Source: Candidatus Latescibacterota bacterium (GTDB lineage Bacteria > Latescibacterota > UBA2968 > UBA8231). From it: a stretch of 64,000 nt of DNA. Below are positions 39,701-48,614 of this stretch, in pieces. A program made the translations under genes and the position numbers. How positions within the stretch are numbered: the first letter of the stretch is position 1; each line of letters begins with the position of its first letter. The notes under the pieces were generated by a model. That model did no database searches. It worked only from the letters and a program-made list of their open reading frames with translations, and had not been told where the DNA came from. Location: assembly GCA_965248355.1 (NCBI GenBank), contig OZ252098.1, forward strand, positions 5,280,001-5,344,000. The letters run 5' to 3'.

Positions 39701-42670
39701 GTGCACGGTCACGTTGATGGCGTCGGTACCGCCGTAGGGGTCCTCGGCATGCAGGGTGACCGAGTAGCGGTCGGTGGTCTCGTAGTCGTAGGCGACGCCG
39801 GTTCGGGTGCGCAACTGGCCTCGGCTGCGGTCGACGGTGAAGTGGTCCGCGTCGGGTCCGGCGAGCCGGTAGGTGAGCGGGTGTCCTTCCGGGTCGGTGG
39901 CTCGGACCGGGTGCTGGATGCCTTGTCGGGCCGGGGCGCTTTCAAGCACGGTGCGGGCGGTGCTCGTCCCGTCGTCGAAGGTCGGGGCCTGGTTGTTGGC
40001 CGGTGGCGGCGGAGGAGGCGGAGGCGGGATGAAACCACCGCCCCCACCACCACCGCCGGGCGGCGGCGGCGGAGGAGGAGGAGGAGGAGGAGGAGGAGGC
40101 GGCGGCGGCGGGGGCGGCGGCTTGGGTTTCACGGTGACGGTGAAGGTCCCGGCGGCCTGCAGGCCCTCGGGATCGGTGGCGGTGACGTCGATGGCCGCCT
40201 GGCCCTCGGCCACGGGGGTGATCGTCAGGGTGTCCCGGGCGGCCTCGGCGGCGGCCACCGCCGGATTCTTCGAGGCGGCGGTGTAGCCGAGGCGGTCGCC
40301 GTCGGGGTCGGAGAAGACCTTGGCCAGCGGGACCCGGGCCTCGTCGCCCAGGAACACCTGGCGGTCCGGCAGGTCGCCGGCCACCGGCGCCCGGTTGGGC
40401 CACTCCACGGTCAGCCCGAAGCTTCCGGCCGCCTCCAGGCTGTCGTCGCGGACCGTGACGGCGATCGTCGTCTCGCCCGCCGCCTTCGGCCGGAGGGTCA
40501 TCACCGAATCGACGGCACTGGCCCGGGCGATGGCGGAGTCGGCCGCGGAGGCCGTGTAGCGGAGGCGGTCCCCGTCGGGGTCGGTGGCCTGGATCCCGAG
40601 GGTCAGGGTGTCGCCGGCGGTGGCGGTGAGATCCGCCAGCGGTAGCAGGGTCGGGGGCCGGTTGGGTCTGGGGAGCACCTGCACGGCGAGGGGGAGAGTG
40701 GCCCGCAGACCCTCGGGGTCGCGCGCGGTGACGGCGATCGACGTCCGGCCGGCGGCCACGGCGGTGATCGTGATCCGGGCGCCGGCGACCTCGGCGGCGG
40801 CCACGGCCATGTCCGCGGAGACGGCATGGTAGCTCAGGGGGCCGCCCTCCGGGTCTCGGAAGCGCCCGGCCAGCGCCAGGGTGTCCGGCTCGTCTCCCAC
40901 CCTCACCCTCCGCGCCGGCAGGCCGGCGCCCACGGCCAGGTCGTAGGGGGTGTCCAGGCCCTCGGCGATCAGATCCTCCACGCCGACGCCGTCGAGACGG
41001 GCGCGCTGGATCTTGCCGGTGCCGGTATCGGTCCAGTAGATCCGGCCGGCGGCCGCATCCAAGGCCATCCCCTGGGGGGCGCGCAGGCCCTCGGTGACCA
41101 GGTCCTGCACCGGCGAGCCGTCGAGGGGGGCTCGCTGGATCTTGTCGGTGCCGAAGTCGGCCCAGTAGAGGTAGCCTCCGAGCGTGTCCAGGGCGATGTC
41201 CTGGGGGGACTGCAGCCCGGTGGTGACCAGACTCCGCACGCCGGCGCCGTCGAGGTCGGCGGCCTGGATCCGGTCGGCGCCGGCGTCGGTCCAGTAGAGC
41301 CGGCCGGCGCCCAGGGCCAGGCCCTGGGGCTGGCGCAGGCCGGTGGTGACCAGAGCTTCCACGCCGCTGCCGTCGAGGTCGGCCCGCTGCACCCGGTCGG
41401 TGCCGTAGTCGGTCCAGTAGAGCCGGCCGGCCGCCGGGTCCAGGGCCAGGCCGGAGGGGGCCTCCAGGCCGGTGGTGACCAGATCTTCGATCAGCGAGCC
41501 GTCGAGGGAAGCTCGCTGGATCTTGTCGGCGCGGGGGTCGGTCCAGTAGAGCCGGCCCCCGGCCGCGTCCAGGGCCAGGCCGCGGGGCTGCGACAGGCCG
41601 GTGACCAGGTCTTCCACCCCCGAGCCGTCGAGGTGGGCGCGGCGGATCCGGCCGCGGCCGGACTCGGTCCAGTAGAGCCGGGCCACGGCCTCCGGCGGCC
41701 GGTTGGCCGGTACGGTGAGGGTGAAGCGCTCCGTGCCCGTACGGCCCCCCGGGTCGCGGGCGGTGACCGCGATCGCCGCCCGGCCGGGGGCCCGGGCCAC
41801 CAGGCGCAGGGAGTCGGCCCGGACCGCGGCGGCGGCCACCTTCTCGTCGGCCGAGCGGGCCTGCCAGGTCAAGTCGTCGCCGTCCGGGTCGTGACCCGTC
41901 AGCGCCAGCGTCAGGGTGTCGCCGGCGGCCAGGGTGCGGTCCGCCATCGGCGCCGGGACCGGGGGGCGGTTGGGCGTCCCCGTGAGGGCCAGGGCCAGGC
42001 CCCGGGGATCGCGCAGGCCGGTGACCAGGTCGCGCACATCGGAGCCGTCGAGGTTGGCGCACTGGATCTGGCCGGTGGCGGCGTCGGTCCAGTAGATCTG
42101 GCCGGCCTCCGCGTCCAGGGCCAGGGCCCGGGGCAGGCGCAGGCCGGTGACCAGATCCTCCATATCGGAGCCGTCGAGGTGGGCGCGCTGGATCTTGTCG
42201 GTGCCGGAGTCGGTCCAGTACATCCGGCCGGCCTCGGCGTCCACCACCAGGCTGCGGGGATGGCTCAGGCCGGTGACCAGGTCCTGTTCGCCGCCGCCGT
42301 CGAGGTCGGCCCGCTGGATCTTGCCGGCGCCGCGGTCGGCCCAGTAGAGCCGGTCGCCGGCCAGGTCCAGGGTCAGGCCGCGCAGTTGGCGGGGGCCGGC
42401 GACCACGTCCTCCACCTCGGAGCCGTCCAGAAGAGCCCGCTGGATCTTGTCGCTGCCGGCGTCCGTCCAGTACAGCCGCGAGGGGCCCGAATCCTCTGCC
42501 TCTTGATCGCCGGCCCCGCCCTGGCCCTCCACCCGCGACTCGGACAGGGCCCCCGGAAACAGACACAGGAAGGACACGACCAGAAGCCCCAGGGCGGCGG
42601 GACGGCCGTCACCCGGATGGCATCGAGAGGGGAAGCGCATCGCTCGTGTAGGAAGCCGGAGGCCGGACAT
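36701..42670 (-). CDS. Giant exported protein: YWTD propellers, Ig/cadherin repeats, poly-Pro linker, 2x(cadherin-FN3), phosphohistidine + ATP-grasp (PEP-synthase/PPDK-like) module
   Basis: N-terminal hydrophobic signal; 10 YWTD-type repeats; DPDGD Ig repeats; YEVQV FN3 ends; GIVSTVPQTRLSH; GVKAAN, RSSTNNED, GAGLYDS, MEIEFK, QARP. The real start may be the ATG at 42640. Confidence 0.9.
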   Translation of the reverse strand: MSGLRLPTRAMRFPSRCHPGDGRPAALGLLVVSFLCLFPGALSESRVEGQGGAGDQEAEDSGPSRLYWTDAGSDKIQRALLDGSEVEDVVAGPRQLRGLTLDLAGDRLYWADRGAGKIQRADLDGGGEQDLVTGLSHPRSLVVDAEAGRMYWTDSGTDKIQRAHLDGSDMEDLVTGLRLPRALALDAEAGQIYWTDAATGQIQCANLDGSDVRDLVTGLRDPRGLALALTGTPNRPPVPAPMADRTLAAGDTLTLALTGHDPDGDDLTWQARSADEKVAAAAVRADSLRLVARAPGRAAIAVTARDPGGRTGTERFTLTVPANRPPEAVARLYWTESGRGRIRRAHLDGSGVEDLVTGLSQPRGLALDAAGGRLYWTDPRADKIQRASLDGSLIEDLVTTGLEAPSGLALDPAAGRLYWTDYGTDRVQRADLDGSGVEALVTTGLRQPQGLALGAGRLYWTDAGADRIQAADLDGAGVRSLVTTGLQSPQDIALDTLGGYLYWADFGTDKIQRAPLDGSPVQDLVTEGLRAPQGMALDAAAGRIYWTDTGTGKIQRARLDGVGVEDLIAEGLDTPYDLAVGAGLPARRVRVGDEPDTLALAGRFRDPEGGPLSYHAVSADMAVAAAEVAGARITITAVAAGRTSIAVTARDPEGLRATLPLAVQVLPRPNRPPTLLPLADLTATAGDTLTLGIQATDPDGDRLRYTASAADSAIARASAVDSVMTLRPKAAGETTIAVTVRDDSLEAAGSFGLTVEWPNRAPVAGDLPDRQVFLGDEARVPLAKVFSDPDGDRLGYTAASKNPAVAAAEAARDTLTITPVAEGQAAIDVTATDPEGLQAAGTFTVTVKPKPPPPPPPPPPPPPPPPPPPPPGGGGGGGGFIPPPPPPPPPANNQAPTFDDGTSTARTVLESAPARQGIQHPVRATDPEGHPLTYRLAGPDADHFTVDRSRGQLRTRTGVAYDYETTDRYSVTLHAEDPYGGTDAINVTVHVADVDEPPQAPARPRVEPASSTSLTVTWTEPVNTGPDVNDYDVHYSEDGGAFTDWPHVGPGTTTTITGLKANTPYEVQVLARSDEGESLWSESVDVRTIANRAPTFTEGTSTTRTLAENTTGTTDIGNPITASDGDGGTLRYRLEGTDRASFTLDGNQLQTIAGVAYDYEEKSSYVVIVRVQDGQGGSNTIEVAINLIDQQEPPETPSAPRVIPASSTSLTVTWDEPATTGPDISDYDLQYREGDRGGFTSWTHNGAERAATITGRTPGTSYEVQVRARNDEGVSLWSPSGRSCPEGGDAPTPVEVEVTAVPIVVASTTDEYFVLYVGHDVDGATVEVPVLVKRGEAGTTTLAENVAALPEERYRVEKYLVADPADVDGDCIDDIAELNNLGGMNPVNPAAAIALTEGALSIPDLETFETLSVHGSVNFIAVGIDTDQVGIYFANTETYKLHADFREALGFEWYEGIDGRVTYDPDLVAPDGNPGVYHYYLEPSYSFSLAARFYTVLAAGMPLLEDNLVFYILFYQLRYYQSDLPLFQDSRVSLVFDADFRRETSFLALNPGEGYGLLRVMNPDERPHPRDVVIYEALPNELPRVAGIVSTVPQTRLSHINLRAIQDGIPNAYIRNAIDNLDINALLGSYVRYEVTVGGWDLGAATPAEVEAHYESSRPAHEQIPQRDLEVTEITPLSEIGFDDWDAFGVKAANVAVLGKLGFPAGTVPDGFAIPFYFYDEFMKHNDFYTRIETMLADEDFQTDFQAQADSLKKLRKAIEDAETPDWIVSAIETMNKGFPAGINRRYRSSTNNEDLPGFNGAGLYDSKSQKPSEDEKDLAKSLKEVYAGLWNFRAFVERDFHRIDHMEAAMGVLVHPSYRDELANGVAVSFDPIYGRDGRHYVNTQVGEDLVTNPEAHSVPEEILLQEFGGYSVLGFSNQVPRGQLLMSEDQLDQLRQHLEVIHDHFETQYDPAPDEPFAMEIEFKITSDNILAIKQARPWVFGAQVDP
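40003..40125 (-). repeat. Trinucleotide low-complexity tract encoding poly-Pro/poly-Gly
   Basis: GGA/GGC/GGT triplet runs on the + strand encode PKP(P~20)G8FIP(P~9). Confidence 0.9.
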
Positions 42671-42683
42671 TTCGAGCGGCTGC

Positions 42684-42698
42684 GCAAAGACTGTGCCA
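42684..42698 (-). promoter_or_regulatory. Sigma-54 (-24/-12) promoter
   Basis: Minus strand reads TGGCAC-AGTCT-TTGC, an exact TGGCAC-N5-TTGC consensus, directly upstream of the giant gene. Confidence 0.75.
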
Positions 42699-42778
42699 TC
42701 TTCGAAGAAAGGGAGCTAACTGATTGCAGATAAACGAGTTGAAGCATTGGGAGAAAGCCCCGGGGGAAGGGGGTCGAG

Positions 42779-42943
42779 TGTCGCATTTTGAAACACTCCT
42801 GCGCCTGCCCCCGCGCCTGCCCCCGCGGTGGCCTGAAGGGGGGAAACTGTTCAACCCACTGTTTATAAACGGGTTATAAAACCCAGAGAGGCAGCGAGGG
42901 GCCATGTGTAGCAATATGAGACACCTGTCGCAATTTTGCGACA
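42779..42943. promoter_or_regulatory. Candidate enhancer-binding-protein sites
   Basis: TGTCGCATTTTGAAACA (42779-95), TGTAGCAATATGAGACA (42907-23) and palindrome TGTCGCAA-TT-TTGCGACA (42926-43) in an AT-rich intergenic region. Confidence 0.6.
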
Positions 42944-43166
42944 CGAAGGGCAACGGCAGGAAACGGGTCCCGTGCGATCGGATCTCGGCGGGGAGGGCCC
43001 GCATCCGCCGCCCGATGTTGCGGGGCCTTTCCTTGGGGGTCCCCGGTCCGTCGCTCCTGGGCTGGTCCGGAGTGCGCCAGATCCTGTTCTTCAGAGAATC
43101 GTCGTTCGGCCGGGAGCCCGGAGACATTGCGCGGGACCTGCGCGGGCGGACAGGGAGGAGACCAAG

Positions 43167-44858
43167 GTGGAGCACGAGAGCCGGGAACAGATCCAGGGCT
43201 CGCCAGGTGACCGGGGGGATTCCGCGGCCAAGCCGGAGCCGCCGCGCACCAGGACCCCCCACTCCATGGTCGGGTCCCGCGGTGTCGTGGCGGCCGAGTC
43301 CGAGCTCGTCGCCGAGGCCGGCGAGCGGATCTTCAGCGAGGGCGGCAACGCCTTCGACGCCGCGGCCGCGGCCTGCCTGGCCTGCGCCGTGCGCCATCCC
43401 GACAAGAACGGGGTCGGCGGCTACCTGATGGCCGCCGTGGCCCTGGAGGGCGCCAGCGGCCGGGTGTGGTCCCTCGACGCCAACGCCCGGGCCCCGGCCG
43501 CCGCCCACGACCGCATGTACGAGGTCGGTCCCGCGCAGGCCGGTCCCAAGGGGACCAACGAGGACGAGTACGACTGCTCGGTGGCCGGCAACGCCAACGT
43601 CCACGGACCGCTGGCGGTGGCGGTCCCGGGCCAGATGGCCGGCATCGGCAGCCTGTCGGAGCGCTGGGGCCGGCTCCCGTGGCCGCGGATCGTGCAGCCC
43701 TCCCTCGACCTGGTGGCCGACGGCTTCCCCTTCGGCGAGGCCCTCCAAAGTTCGATCGCCGAGCTGGAGCCCGTGATCCGGCGGTTCCCGGCCGCGGCGG
43801 GGCACCTGCTGCCGGAGGGGCGGGTGCCCTCGCCGGACGACATCTGGCGCCCCTCCGGCCTGGAGCGCACCCTGCGCCGGCTGGCCGAGGCGGGTTGGCG
43901 GGACTTCTACGACGGCGAGACCGGCCGCGCCGTGGCCGACAGCGTCTCCGAGGCGGGGGGCCTGCTCACCCGCCGGGACATGGCCGCCTTCCAGCCGCGG
44001 GTCACCGAGCCCTGCCGGGTCCGCTACCGCGAGGGGGAGGTCCTCGGCGCCGTCCTGCCCAACGGGCCGCTCTCCGTGCTGCAGGCCCTGAACATGCTCG
44101 CCCGCTTCGAGCCGGCGCCGCCCACGGAGGTGCGGTTCTGGCACCGGACGGCGGAGGTTCTCAAGCTCGCATGGCGGGACCGCCTGGCCTACCTGGGCGA
44201 CCCCGAGTTCGTGGACGTCCCCGTCGAGCGGCTGCTGAGCGAGGAGTACGCCGCCGGCCGCGTCGAGGACCTGCTGAACTTTCCCGACCACGTCGACCAG
44301 CGGCCCTTCGCCGCCGGGGGCGGACGGCCCGAGACCAGCCACGTCTCGGCCGCCGACGCCGAGGGCAACGTGGTCTCGGCCACCATCACCCAGGGGAACG
44401 CCTTCGGGTCGGTCTTCACCGTGCCCGACCGGGGGATCGTCCTCGGCCACGGCATGTGCCGCCTCGACCCGCGGCCGGGGCGGCCGAACTCGGTGGCCGG
44501 CGGCAAGCGCCCCCTGAACAACGTGATGACCATGGTCCTGCGGCTGCCCGGGCGCGACGTGGCCCTCGGCATGCCCGGCGGCCGCCGCATCATCGCCGTG
44601 GGCGCGCAGATGGCCCAGCGCATCGCCGACCACGGGGCGACCTCGGCCGAGGCGGCCCTGGCGCCGCGCCTGCACGTGACCGGCGCCGAGCCCCTGGAGC
44701 TGCAGGAGACGGTGGACGGGGAGATCGCCGCCGGCCTCGAGCGCCTGGGCCACCAGGTGCTTCGAGTGGGGCGCGTCGGGGGCCACGCCGCGGGGGCCGA
44801 GTTCCTCCGGGACGGCCGCGTGCGCGCCGGCGGCGGCGGCCGGGTCGCCGGCCTGTGA
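43167..44858 (+). CDS. Gamma-glutamyltransferase family protein
   Basis: GGNAFDAAAA, VAVPG, DFYDGE, AWRDR, ETSHVS (Thr nucleophile), GKRP; RBS GGAGGAG. Confidence 0.92.
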   Translation: MEHESREQIQGSPGDRGDSAAKPEPPRTRTPHSMVGSRGVVAAESELVAEAGERIFSEGGNAFDAAAAACLACAVRHPDKNGVGGYLMAAVALEGASGRVWSLDANARAPAAAHDRMYEVGPAQAGPKGTNEDEYDCSVAGNANVHGPLAVAVPGQMAGIGSLSERWGRLPWPRIVQPSLDLVADGFPFGEALQSSIAELEPVIRRFPAAAGHLLPEGRVPSPDDIWRPSGLERTLRRLAEAGWRDFYDGETGRAVADSVSEAGGLLTRRDMAAFQPRVTEPCRVRYREGEVLGAVLPNGPLSVLQALNMLARFEPAPPTEVRFWHRTAEVLKLAWRDRLAYLGDPEFVDVPVERLLSEEYAAGRVEDLLNFPDHVDQRPFAAGGGRPETSHVSAADAEGNVVSATITQGNAFGSVFTVPDRGIVLGHGMCRLDPRPGRPNSVAGGKRPLNNVMTMVLRLPGRDVALGMPGGRRIIAVGAQMAQRIADHGATSAEAALAPRLHVTGAEPLELQETVDGEIAAGLERLGHQVLRVGRVGGHAAGAEFLRDGRVRAGGGGRVAGL

Positions 44859-46234
44859 GCGGGGCGCCCGAGCACCACACCGTCATCATCGTCGGTGGAG
44901 GCCCCGCGGGACTGCCCCTGGCCGTGGTCCTCGGCGGCTGGCACCCCCGCTTCCGCCCCAGTCCGGTCCTGCAGGAGCGCTACCCGCAGCTGGGCGACTA
45001 CCTCCGCCACCACCGGGGCAGCCTGTTGAGCCTCGACTTCCGCGCCCTCCTGCGGGCCGGCCTGGCGCCGGTGGACCTGTTCCGCGTCCTCCACCATCCC
45101 CGCCAGTGGTTCACCGGACCGGAGCAGATCGCCCTGGAGTTCCGTCGCGAGGAGCCCCTCGACTCTCTCCTGATCACGCAGGAGGAGGTCGGGGGTCTGT
45201 GGAACAACGTCCCCGAGAACCTGCTCACCCTGTCGCCGGGCCAGTGGATGGAGTTCCCCTTCTACCCCCTCGCCGAGTTCGCCCGGGAGTCGGGGGACGA
45301 TTTCGACGTGAACGAGCTGATCGTCAAGGGCCGCCTTCTCGACTACTACCGCAGCATCCCCCGGCGCTTCGAGATCAAGGAGAGCATCCGCACTTGGGAG
45401 CGGGTGACCCGCATCGAGCCCCACGAGGAGGGGTTCCTGGTGACCGCCGCGGACGTCTCCGACTGGGCGGGCAAGGACCCCGTGCAGCTGCGCCGGCCGG
45501 CCTTCCCGCAGCCGGCCGACGCCATCGAGGAGAGCCGGCCCCTGCGCCGCTACACCTGCCGGTACCTGGTCTACGCCGCGGGGCAGCGGTGCGAGCTGCG
45601 CTCGCTGGGGGTGCCGGGGGAGGAGCTGCCCTTCGTCACCCAGTTCTACGACAAGCCCGGCGACTTCCCCGGTCAACGCGTCCTCGTCGTCGGCGGCGGG
45701 CGGTCCGCGGACTGGGCCGCCACCGAGCTGCACGACGGCGGGCGCCAAGTGACCTACGTCATGCGCCAGTCACACGGCCGCCACTGGGCCCTGATCTCGC
45801 ACAGCCGGGGGGGCCTGCCGTACTACGCGCGCATCGCCGAGATCCTGGAGGAGCCGTCGCCGCGGCTGCAGGCCCTCTACGACACGAAGGTGGAGCGCAT
45901 CGAGGAGAGGGCCGGCGGCGGCGTGGTGACCCTGTCCCAGGACGGGCGGAGCCGCACCATCGAGGTGGACCACGTGCTCAAGGAGATCGGGGGCCGCGCC
46001 GACTACTCACTGCTGCAGGGCTTCGAGAGGCCGCCGCGCCTGGTGGACAAGCACGACAACTACCGCTTCCAGGTGCAGCAGATGCCGGTCCATCCCCACA
46101 GCGGCGAGTCCGTCGACATCCCCGGCCTCTACCCCGGAGGCTATCTCGCCGAGGGCCTCGGCCTGGTGGTGATCGCCATGCACGGCACGACCTACGCCAT
46201 CGCCGCCGACATCCTGCGCAAGGAGGGCCGCTGA
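44855..46234 (+). CDS. FAD/NAD(P)-dependent oxidoreductase, OSGIN-like
   Basis: GTGA overlap with ggt; two Rossmann motifs, VIIVGGGPAG and [14 protein letters not shown]...LSPGQWM. Confidence 0.82.
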   Translation: MSGAPEHHTVIIVGGGPAGLPLAVVLGGWHPRFRPSPVLQERYPQLGDYLRHHRGSLLSLDFRALLRAGLAPVDLFRVLHHPRQWFTGPEQIALEFRREEPLDSLLITQEEVGGLWNNVPENLLTLSPGQWMEFPFYPLAEFARESGDDFDVNELIVKGRLLDYYRSIPRRFEIKESIRTWERVTRIEPHEEGFLVTAADVSDWAGKDPVQLRRPAFPQPADAIEESRPLRRYTCRYLVYAAGQRCELRSLGVPGEELPFVTQFYDKPGDFPGQRVLVVGGGRSADWAATELHDGGRQVTYVMRQSHGRHWALISHSRGGLPYYARIAEILEEPSPRLQALYDTKVERIEERAGGGVVTLSQDGRSRTIEVDHVLKEIGGRADYSLLQGFERPPRLVDKHDNYRFQVQQMPVHPHSGESVDIPGLYPGGYLAEGLGLVVIAMHGTTYAIAADILRKEGR

Positions 46235-46249
46235 GGGAGCGGTCCCGGG

Positions 46250-46726
46250 CCCCCGGCCGCCAGGTCACGCCCCTGGGGATGAACATGTTCTCGAGACGCG
46301 TGCACCGGGCCATGTGGGCCATGCCGCCGTCGGTGATCCGCTCGCTCGAGAGCCGGATCTGCACCAGGGAGTCGCCCCAGCCGCCGAAGACCGCCATGCT
46401 CGCGTCGGTGATCCGGCGTCGTCAGTCCCGAGAGATGGGCCCTCGTCGGTGAACGCGGCGATCCGGTGCAGGTCGAGATGCCGGAGCTCGATGCCCTCGG
46501 CGAGGGCGAGGCCGGCCTCCTGGCCCGCGGGGATGGAGACCGGACCGCACGCTTCCGCGGCGCGGCGGAACCCCAGGTCTTCCCAGTCGCTGCGGTAGCC
46601 GCCGTGGACCGGGCTCCCCCAGTCGCGCACGACGATGCCGCCCTACGACCGGTCCCCGGGAAAGTGGATCACCCTCGGGCTCGGGGCCGGTGGTGCCATG
46701 GCCGTGTACCGGGAGGCTGGGATCAT
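46250..46726 (-). pseudogene. Leucine-rich-repeat (RNI-like) protein remnant
   Basis: ATGA-coupled start at 46726, in-frame TAG at 46643-45, frameshift ~46410; ITDASM / ITDGGMAHMARCTRLENM repeats. Confidence 0.55.
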
Positions 46727-47599
46727 CGGATGAGGGCCATCTTGCCGACTCGCACCTGGCCGCCGGCGATGAGGCGGTAGAGGTAGAGGCCGGAGGCGGC
46801 GGGGCGGCCCTGGGCGTCCCCTCCTCGCCACTGCAGGCGGTGCACGCCGGCCTCCAGGGGATGGTTCTCGTAGTAGTAGGAAATGTGTGCTCCGTGAAAT
46901 AGAAACTCTACACCAATCACCTCTGCTATATCAGGATCCTTCGAACTGACCACTACATGCACTCGCTGCCAATCGCCCTCATGGTTATTCCACCAGTGAT
47001 TGAATCACGGTGATTGAGTCAGCATACGCCTCGTGAGCAGTCTTGAACACATGCACGTATGCCGTATTGGCGAAGGTTTCGTTTTCCCCAGCAAAGGGAC
47101 CGCTGCCAAAATACGCGTTGTTCCACTCTGTCGGTGTCTTGCCTGGATACTCAAAGAAGGCACGTGTTGTGTACCGTCCGGGAGTCAGTCCTCCTTGCGT
47201 GCTGCGGTATGTTCTGTGATCTCTATGGTCAAGGAAGGCGAATCTGTTTTCGCTAAAATCGACCTCTCCATCAGGACACCATCGACGTTGGTTAGATACT
47301 ATGTCGGCTGGAGCCCAGATCGTCGAATCCAGAGGGGCCGAAGTAGCGTGACTTCCGGATAATTCACGTGTCTCCAACCAGATATTCGCCGCTGAATCAG
47401 CTCCTGCGATTTCCACAGGCTCGGGTTTTGTTACGCGAATGTCTCCCCATAGACCTCCCGTTTCTTCCGTGAGGATCAGGATCGGAGCAAACTTGCGTGC
47501 CAGGAGCTCCAATTGGCCTACTTGCGCAGTCGCGGGTCCGGTGAATAGGACCACTGCAAGCACTGTTCTTAGCAGTCTCTTCTTGCTCTCTGTCTTCAT
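46723..47599 (-). pseudogene. Exported HEGDW-motif protein with FlgD-Ig C-terminus, collapsed by deletions
   Basis: Signal peptide, LARKFAPIL. Frame break ~47000 before WWNNHEGDWQRVHVVV, then an abrupt join to LEAGVHRLQW...ASGLYLYRL...KMALIR. Confidence 0.7.
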
Positions 47600-47623
47600 G
47601 GCCGCTGTTGTCGGATTAGAAGG

Positions 47624-48385
47624 TTAGAAGCGCAACTTTGGGAAACCTGACACCCATCCCTTTGGCTCCAGTTTCAAGCCAATGGAGACACCGGAGGGGT
47701 GTGGCTTCGAGCTGGTCGCGGGTTTGCGCCATAGCTCTGACGCTAGTGTCGCACCTGCAACGGGACTGGCAACCAAGGGCCAGAATAGACTCCATAATTC
47801 CGGCCCACTAGTCTTGGGGGGCACGGCCAGAATGCCTGCCACAATGCCCCCCAGACTTCCAGCTAACGGTACTATGAACCGATCTTGCGGATCGACTTTG
47901 TTGACCCCGAAGGCGCTGCCGGCTACGGATCCCAGGAACAGGCCTGATATGGCACCGACAGCTACACCGAAGCCATGGTCATCATCGATGAACAAGGCTG
48001 CTCCTCCGGCTCCCGCGGCTACTCCAAAAGCCGTGGCCCACACCGTACCATGGAGCAACTTCAGAGCGACCCGTTCGGCCACTGAATGACTTTTCTGGTC
48101 GGAAGTATCGGCCGAAACCACGGCGGCATCAACAGGGAAGTCGCATGTCGAGGTCAACCCGGCCAACCCACCGACGGCCCCCTCGCTTGACTCAGGGACG
48201 GTGAGGTCGGCCAACGCGGGCTCGGGGATAGGCTCGCACGTCGGGCAGAGGCTATCCTCTAAAGGGTTCCGCGGAGAGGTATCGAGAAGCGCCACCGCCT
48301 TCGCCGGGAAGGGCGTCTGTGCCCACCCGGCCGTCAAACCCATGATGCTCAGCACAAGTGGCAAGGAAATCGCTCTGGTGGACAT
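47624..48385 (-). CDS. Exported Gly-rich membrane protein (one VDPQD/SELWR unit)
   Basis: Signal peptide, RBS AGGAGG, Gly/Ala-rich hydrophobic helices, C-terminal LRF. Confidence 0.75.
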   Translation of the reverse strand: MSTRAISLPLVLSIMGLTAGWAQTPFPAKAVALLDTSPRNPLEDSLCPTCEPIPEPALADLTVPESSEGAVGGLAGLTSTCDFPVDAAVVSADTSDQKSHSVAERVALKLLHGTVWATAFGVAAGAGGAALFIDDDHGFGVAVGAISGLFLGSVAGSAFGVNKVDPQDRFIVPLAGSLGGIVAGILAVPPKTSGPELWSLFWPLVASPVAGATLASELWRKPATSSKPHPSGVSIGLKLEPKGWVSGFPKLRF

Positions 48386-48614
48386 GGCGGTCCTCCTTCT
48401 TCTGGGCTGAACTCGTCCCCAAGGTGAAGAGATACAGGGCGCCCGTCGTTGCGGCTTGTCGCGGACCGATCTGAAGATGGTACCGAGGACTCAAGGCGAC
48501 GGAGGATCGGTGCCGAAATCCCCGGCAGGCTTTCCGGCAATGGCGCTCCCGCCGCGTTTCGCCCGGCCCGCATACTGCTACCCTATCCCGCTTAAACCAT
48601 GGGCCCTTTGAGAT

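Noticed and set aside
40930..42480. Regularly spaced ggtccagtaga-type repeats as a CRISPR or non-coding array
   Set aside because: They are the YWTD codons of the giant protein.
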